A stretch of 64,000 bases of DNA from Eukaryota sp. TZLM1-RC (taxonomy: Eukaryota > Protista > Metamonada: BaSk clade). The DNA lies in the NCBI GenBank assembly GCA_040285825.1, contig JAUPSS010000005.1, positions 1,302,001-1,366,000 of the forward strand, given 5' to 3'. Shown piece by piece: positions 36,201-45,200 of the stretch (position 1 is its first letter; each line of letters opens with the position of its first letter). The position numbers were made by a program, and so were the translations under genes. The notes under the pieces are model-generated. The model saw only the letters and a list, made by a program, of their open reading frames with translations, did not search any database and had not been told where the DNA came from.

Positions 36201-39200
36201 CCAGAACCAAGAATTATATTAGGATCAAGTAAGAAAACACCTTCAAATAGTACAGAAGAACCATCAGTAATAAAGTAAGTGGCATCCAAGGTATTATTTA
36301 ATCCTCTTAATTTGGAATGAGAAGGAAAGATAAAATGCCCATCGGCCAATTCAAGAGTACAATTAGCACATAAAACAATATCAGAATCAAACGAACCACC
36401 TCCAGCAATTCTAAATTTAGAATCATCAATGACATTAATTTGGGCCTTTGACTCAATAAACCAAGAAATATCAAAATCATTCATCACATTTAAGACTGAA
36501 TCAGCTGAAGATAAAAGAAAAGTGGCAACTCCCTCAGCACTGTGCCAAACAGAAGGTTGAATAATAGAAATATTGGCAGAACCAAAAACTTCAAACTTTG
36601 CATTGTAATGGCCATGGAAAACACCAGAAGAATCTAAAACTAAGCTACCATGAAGAGCAATGTTCGAGTTTGGTAACAAATGCTTGTCTCCATTGCCAAG
36701 AAGAAAAGTAACAGAAGAATGTGAAAGAGTTAAATGGGAGTCACCAGTAGAAATAGACCCTTGGTTAATAAATAATTGTTCCTTAAGAAGTGTTGGATAA
36801 TTGGTGAAAGAAAAGATTCCGCTTTCTAAATCAATAAACGAAACTTGTGTCTCCGAATCTTCAATAACCATAACAGAGTCATTCTTAATAGAAATCAAAG
36901 GTAAATACAAATTGTTGCCTGTGGAGCTGGATTTAATGAGTAAATCACCTCCCATTAAATTAACGTCATGAAGATAGAGAGAATTAACTGACTCGAATAA
37001 AGAAGAACCGCCAACAGACGAAAAATTGGTCAAAATAGTGAATCCTGTAGTAGAAGTGCTAGATTCATAAACAAAATTACCATTCTCAACAAGAATAGAA
37101 GTCAATTCAATATCATCTGAGTCTTTAAAGTTCAAACTACCATCCTGATGAATGTAAAAAGGATCTAATAAATAATTGCCTGAATAAACAACACTAGCAT
37201 TAGATTTGGTAATTAAATAACTAGGAGATTGGCGAATAATTGACTTGGAATCAAAATAATAGTCTACCACTTGATCACAGAAAGGTAAATAAAAGGAATC
37301 AAAAATAACAACATTGCCGATATCTAGTGTAGTGGATTTCAAGTCACTTCCTCCTGTTAAAATTAAAGAATCAGCTATTGAAAAGACAGCATTACCAGAA
37401 ATAAAAGGATCTATGGTAGTATTTTGAAGTAAATTAATCGAACAATCCTCAAATTCAAACTCTGCTCTTGGAAATTCTACTTGTTTAAAGTGAATAGCAC
37501 TGGGGACATTGACGACATCCCGGAACAATAGTTGAGATTCACCAAACAAAAGCTCATCAACCTCGGAAGTAATATCAACCACTTTATTAAAAATTAATTT
37601 GGCTTTCGAGGTAATAGTTTTGATGGAATTAGTCTCAATTAACAAGGACGAAAGATATTCAGTAGTACCAGACTCTTCAAATGTTCCACCTGAAAAAATA
37701 GAATCTTTGTTGATGGTTAAATGATCAGAACCTTTTCTAATTGAGGAATTATAAACATTAAAATAATCATTAATAATAACATCATCTCCTGTATAAAGAC
37801 TCAGTATAGCTGAATTGAACAAAGCTAAATGAGGAATAGTTGAAGCAAATTGAAAATTATTTAAGTTTAAATTGCCGAAAAGATCAATTCCTGGAACATC
37901 AAATTCAAATTCAACATTAGCAAAAGAAAGGGTACCTTGGTCAGAAATGTCAAGATTCTCCAAAATTTTGATTGATTTTGACTTTGTTTGAGTAAAAGAA
38001 ACAGGATTATTTGATTTCAACTCAAGGTTATTGTAAACGGAATCGTCAACCGAATGGAAAACAACTCTACCAGCAGATAGTACAAAATGAGAAACATTAA
38101 TGGTGTTGATATCAACAGCCTCAAAGTGAGCTGAATTAGTGGTGTTTTGATGGAAATTATGCATTGAAATAAAATCTACTTTTGAAAATGCTGAGCTGTA
38201 TTCATTAATAAATGAATTAATTATTAATGAATCAGTAGATGAAACCAAAAAATCAGATTCTACCAAATTAAACACCTCAGAAACTTCAACAAAATCAGAA
38301 ATAAACTTAAAATAAACCACACTGAGAGAATTAATAAAGATATCAGAAGTGAAATTATGAACTTTTTCAACACCAAAAGTACTATTAACCAATGAAGAAA
38401 TGTGTGGTATTACAATTGATGAAACATCAGTCAACTTAAATTCACATGAATTAATCTGATAAATAAGAGGACTAGATAGAGAAAGAACTTGATCAAACAC
38501 AGAGAGCGAATCATGAGTTTGGTTAAATTCAATAAAGTCTAACGAATCTGAAATATATGTGGCCTTCATAGTAGAACTATTTGCTATATAAGAATCAATA
38601 GAAACTGATCTTGAATCGGTTAGAACAGTATTGGAATTGCGAGATTGATTCAAACTACCAAAAGACAGTGTCTCAACATCATTTGAAATAAAGTCAGAGG
38701 TTACAGATTCCAAAGTGCTCACAACCAAACTATTCAAAATAGAAGCCTTAAATTGAGAATCCTCATTCATTAAGATTTGGTCAATAGATACTGTTCCCAT
38801 AGTGTTGAGTTGAAGGCCAGCACTAAAAGACATTGAAACAAATGGTAGGTCTAAATCAGCTGCCATATTATCCACCACAAGTTGAGCATTAGTTAGCTGT
38901 ACAATGGGTAGTATCAAGTGATTCATATGAGAATTAACATATAATCGGGACCTAGTACCAACCAAGTTACTAATAGTAACAAGCCCAGTAAGATTGTGAA
39001 AGGTTACAGCTCCAGAAAATTCCAATGAACTAATTAATAAGGATTCTGAATTCCCAATAGCATGACCATTAAAAGAACCTCTATTAATGACAACATAATC
39101 AACTTGGATAGGAGGTAAAGATTCAAAAAGTGAAGTAACTCTGTTTAAGTTAATTTCAGATAAGATCCATTTGGTAAAAGAGAAATCTATATTGAAGAAA

Positions 39201-42200
39201 GTCAATTCACCACTTGAACCTGAGATTTCTGTTACATTTCTAATAAAAGCATTAAAGAATTTCAAAGAACCAAAAGGTTTTGAGATAAAATGAGAAGCAG
39301 AATAATTACCATAAAAAGAAATTTCCCCATAACTACCAGGATTAAGTAAACCTTTGCCGTGTACAACAGATCCTTTAACAAAAGTGACTTCATTAGAACC
39401 AGTCGAGACAAAAGAGTTTTCTGCTAGGGAAAAGGTACCATAAATACCAATTAAACCAGTAAACAAGCAGAAATGACAATAATAAGAGTCGCTGAATAAA
39501 AATTCTTGCTCCCAATATTTTCTGCAAAACCAATAATTGGCAAAAATGCAAAGAATTAGCACCAAAAACCCAAATTGATATCCAAATAATGATGCACTTA
39601 GAGAAAATGGTACAGTGATTAAAAGAATATTACCATTAACAAATACTGATAAAACCATCAAAATTCTCAAAGGACAGATAGTTTGTCCTTTAGATTGAGT
39701 AAGTGAATAAATAGCATTTTCTGAAAGTGAAGGTTTAGTTAACCGTTTCAAAACTGTGTTGTAGAAATTTCTGGAAAATTTCAGATAATATTCACCAAAT
39801 ACCAACAAAAAAGCAAGTGTTAGATTGCAAACGAGTGCAATTGTCAAAGTAAAAACATTGTTTTTAATACAAACAAAGCCATACCTATTAGTTCCTGCAA
39901 TACAGTTAGTACAATCAATTCCTCTTGTATTGAATTGACATTGATTGTTTCTACATGAATACCTATAGGGACATGAAATTAAACCTGTTTCGAGGTTGAC
40001 CATATAACCATATGAAACAGTGGTTAATTCACCATATTCACAACTAGCAAATTTTGGGCACTTGACACAACTTGTCTCATCATCAAATTCAGATTTTGGA
40101 CAAATGCATTGACTAAAATTCGAAGAACCAATTGTTCTGGTAATTTTGTACAGCGGACAATTGATACATTGTCCTAACATAGGATTATCCAAATAATAAC
40201 CCAATGGGCAAGGTTCGCACTCCCCTACAGACCCAAGAACTGTGCCTGGTTTACAATGACATTCGTTATTTAGGTTAATTCTAGTCGAATCACAGTCCTT
40301 CATGGTAAGCTCAATTGAAGCAAAATTTGTTTGATAAGAAAACAATATTTCAATATCAACCAATGGTAAGCCAGTGATTTCCAATTCACTTGAACTTGAC
40401 ACATGGTGGGTACTCACTGAGTCATGGAATGATTCAATTTCAAACAAACTGAGTATTTGGGTATAATTAATCAGTATATCTTGTGTTTTTAGGGTTAAGT
40501 TGAGCTTAATGATGACGCAACTGGAATGAAACACGTTTAAGCGACTACACTGATCAATTTGAAGAACATTAACTAATAAATCTGTTTTGAATTCTTGCAA
40601 AAGTAGAAAGTTCAACTTTGTATTACCGGCAACATTAAGTTGAGCTGAATGATTTCCTGGATGGATACCTTGACTATCAAACTGAATTGAATTAGGCGAA
40701 TTGATATAATATTCATTATAACTGAAAGTTGCAAAATTCACTAAATTATGTTGGTTAGACTCAAAACAATTAACCAGTAAGTTGAAGGCATCACGACACT
40801 GTAATTCTATAATGAAAGTGTTTGAATTCAGAATAATTGTGTCATTAGGTAGGAAAACAGAATGTGGTTCGTGAGGTTCAATTAATGCACTTAATTCTGA
40901 AGTTGAATAATAACATTCAAAAGAAGAAAATGAATAAGTGACGGCGAATGGTTCAGTAATAACTTGACTTAGGAGTGTATTGTCTAATAATGAATAAATT
41001 GAGTCCAGATTTTCCATTCTCTTTCCTGCAAATTTATAATAACCATCGATAAAAACGAAATCTCCAACAGATGTTATTCCAAGAAAATCATCAATTGGTC
41101 TCAAACACTTGCTACTTTTGTATCCATAAAGCTCTATTTCAAATATCAGTAAGTCTTCAAGTATTTCAAAGGTAATAGAGTTGACATTTCCTAAGTCAAC
41201 CTCAATACTACACATTAAAGCATCATCAAAACCATTCAAAAGTGATTCACATTTCCATAAATCATTGGTGGTATTACCAAGCCTAGTTGGTGAGTATTGG
41301 AAGGAATACGAGCATGAAGAATTTGTCGTCAATGTAATAGAAGTAATTTGGTAGGTTTCAGCAAACTGAATGATCAGCTCATCTCCAGCTCGTAAACTAG
41401 AATAGCATTCACCAGATGCAACAAAGCAACACCTAGTTTTATCGAATAAATGACTTAATGGTTCAGTATTGATAACCAAATCTGAATATTGAACATAAAA
41501 AAGTTGATCAGGAACAAAACACCGATCAACAAAAAAAGGTTCAGAATTTAACTCTAAAGTGCCAATTTCCAAGTCATAATAGTAAATACTAATCTTTACA
41601 AGGACTTTGTAAGTTGGAATAATGACCTTTTTACAAATCAGATTAAAACTATCAATCAAGACTGTAAAAAATTCATCCTCTATGACACAATATATTGGAG
41701 GTTCCAGCTCAGTATCAGTTCTAATAACAACATCTCTGGGTTCAAATATGGAGACCGTGGATTTGGATAAGAACTCAACGTCAAAAATTTGTAATTGTGA
41801 TACAATCATTGGTCCAAATAAATCAGAAATTAATTCCAAATCGACAATACTGACAGCGTTGGTCAATGTCAAATCACTTGGTTTGAAAACAATCTCAATT
41901 ATTGAAATGTAATTATTTAAATTCTTTACAAAAGAAATCAATTTCAAAGCCAAATTCTTGCCTTCAATAGAAAGATAATAATCATTGAAGCTACTGAATG
42001 CTGCTGAAATTGACAGTATTATTGTGACAGTATCACATTTAACAAAATAATTATTTCCTAACAACTCTAATTTTGGTGGTTCAACAACATCAAATATAAA
42101 CTCTTTCATAAGTTTTGACTCGTTATAATGAACCACTAATTCAATTACACAAACTTCCAATTCAGATCCAAGCACTTCCAACTCGACATTATTGAGTGTT

Positions 42201-45200
42201 GATGAATGGTTAACAAAGCATTCACCCAAAGAAGTAATTTCAAAATTTGTAAAAAGCTCGGGAAAATTAATGGCAAAATTGTAAGGAAGATTTAAAGCAA
42301 TAAACTTTGACACATGGTCCAAACTAATCATTTTTGAAACAATTTTGGAGTTTAAAGTAATGATCGTGGAGTCTGCCCGTGGACTCAAAGAATTTTCCGC
42401 AGGGTATATTTTGAAAAACTGAGAAGCGTGAAATAATTCTAAATAAGACTGAGTGTAATGGGAGTGCACAATCAATTCTGAATTAGGGAAATAAAAAGGA
42501 ACAATAACAATGAAATCATCACAATTAACAGTAAATAAATCAACAACGCTACCAAAACCAATATACTGCAATGATTGGTAACCTATAGAGGTAAAATCAA
42601 CAGTGAATGATGCAAACTGTTCTGCTACATGGGAAAGATCAATTGCTTTGCCCCCAAAGATAAATGATTTTTTCCACAAAATGCTGTTGTAGAAATCAAA
42701 ATTTTCACCTGTCAAAGTCATCAAAACATCAGTTGACCTATATTCCCATTGAACTGAACTTGGACTTAACGAATCAACCGAAACAGCCTTTGGTAAGTCA
42801 TGAATAGTGTTACAATAGAATCTGGTACATAACCTCAACCTTGCTTCGGTTTTGCCTTCCTGGAATACTAACTTGACAGACATACATCCAGTTTCAAGAA
42901 CCTTGTAGTCAATTACCTGGACGTCACCCTCACTTTGTGGATAATAATCGTATATATTGATAGAGTATAAATCTGCACATATTTCAATTATACATAATTG
43001 CTTAGTGATACATATGAATTCTGTAGGTAAAACAGAAAAATCAACAATTGGTAGTTCAATCAAATGTGCAAAATCATGAGAAAGATCAATCAGGAGCTGC
43101 AAATTATGTACTCCAGAAAGGTTAAAATGGAGCTCAAATTCAGTTGGACCAGCAACCTTCCAGTTTAAAGGAACATTTCCAACAACTTCTATTTCATTGC
43201 ATTGGGTAAGAGTATCAAAGGTTAATTTCTGATTAAATGTCAGAGTAATTACCTCAACAAAAGGGTCGAGTGACTGTGTACTCACATTATATGATGGCAA
43301 GTTGACTGACCATTTATAAATATTTGATGCTAAACCATCAACTTCAACTACAAGCGAAACATTGGAAGAAAAGTCACAAATATTGTGTACTTGTAAAGAT
43401 AATTCAGTATGATTGACAGAAGCAACAGAATAAAGTATATTTGCATTATTAAAATTAACATGAATGGCATCTGTACTGTTGAAAAAGTTTTGCCCTTTGA
43501 TGAATACAATATTTTGAAACGAAAAAGAATTAGGGTCAACATTATACAAAACAGGTAGTTCAAAACAAAAGGTCATTAATACAACAATGTCATCAAGACT
43601 TCGTTTGACTTCTAAGACATGACAACCCGTACCTGGAGGAACATTAACGGTAATGTTCTCGTGTTTGATGGGTGTCCCTGGTATAGTAAAAATAATAGTA
43701 CTACTGGAAATGAATAATAAAGCATAACCTAAATTAGTTCCATTCAATATAAATTCTTTACCCTGAGTTGGTATTGGAGGGAGTGCAACCGTGGGTGCAC
43801 ACAAGTCAAAAACTTGTTTATGGTTAAATTGTAACTGTGGTAACGAAAAATGCACTTCCAAATGACGAAGGGAGCTGTGAACAGCATAATTATCCTCAAA
43901 CATTATTGAAATAAAATCAATAGAGGAAAATATTTGTTTTGAAACAGAATGGAATACTTCAATAAACACAAAATATCTTATTAGTTCTGCATTATCAAAG
44001 CTCAACTCAATAATCCATTCCTTTGTACCAACACATTCATCAATAGATGATAATGTACCAATCATTAACTCTAAATTTAGGTATTTATCTTTGCCCAAAA
44101 TCGAGCTTTTCTCATCCAACTCAATCGACGTCGCTAATACTGAATGATTTGTATTTAAGTGCATTGTAGAATTGATAAGAGATATCTTTGTGGCAAATAA
44201 ATTGTTAGGAAACTCGAGCAAATATGCAGTCGAGTCTTTGATCGATAGTTCCAAGAAAAGTGTTACATCAACAACACAGCCAATCAAGTTTGATTGAAAA
44301 ATGATAAATGTTGAATTAATCGAATTCACCATAGAGTTTTTTTCATTGCAAGCGAAAACATTAGATATTCCATTAAAACTATGGCCAGCCATTTCTAATT
44401 TAGTCACCTCTAAATAGCTCTTGTCTATATCAAATAAGTTACCATTGACAATCGTGAGATTGGTTAAAAAAGTTCTAAGAAACTGATTAATTGATTCTAG
44501 TGAATAAAATAATGAATAAATCTCACAGTCAGAAACAAAAAAATTAATCAAACACAATTGAGAGTCAATAACTTCAATTAAGGGAGAATGAGAAATAAAA
44601 TTTTCAATGGAAATATTTCTAATGGCAACATAACTGGAGTCTTGGGCTAGCAATAACTGGCCTATTGAGTCACTAACAACAGCATTATTTAACTCAAAGC
44701 TGGATGATGTGGAATTAATGAATAAAGAGCATTGATAATTGGACAGATTTAGCGAAGTAAAAACCACTTCACTAGTGATGGCTTTTATGAGATTTACGTT
44801 GAAGTTTACAACAAAACAATCAGTAATATACATAAATGATTTGGTAGAAAAAAGAAGTGAGGGATTCAATGAACCAAAATTAGTGAACATTAATGAATTA
44901 TCAAAAGCAGTTACATCATTTGCGTAATCGATTGCTAAATCATTTTCTTCATCAGACAGTATTTCTTTAACATTATCAAATCCTAAACCGGTGGCTTGAA
45001 AGTTGCAATTGGTTAACATAATTTGCCCAACTTGTTTTGAATCACGAAAATGTACATTGTTGATAAAAATAGTGGAATCCGTGACAACAATAGATGATGC
45101 TTGTGAATCAACAACAACTACATCATCAAAATCAAGTTTAGAATTATCAAGTGTAATAAGAGGGTTTTCATTGGTACATTGATCGATAAATTCGATGTGT

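Noticed and set aside
24540-44927. Short plus-strand and alternate-frame ORFs inside the giant gene and the retroelements
   Set aside because: These are antisense or shadow frames with no motifs. They recur only because the host sequence is duplicated.
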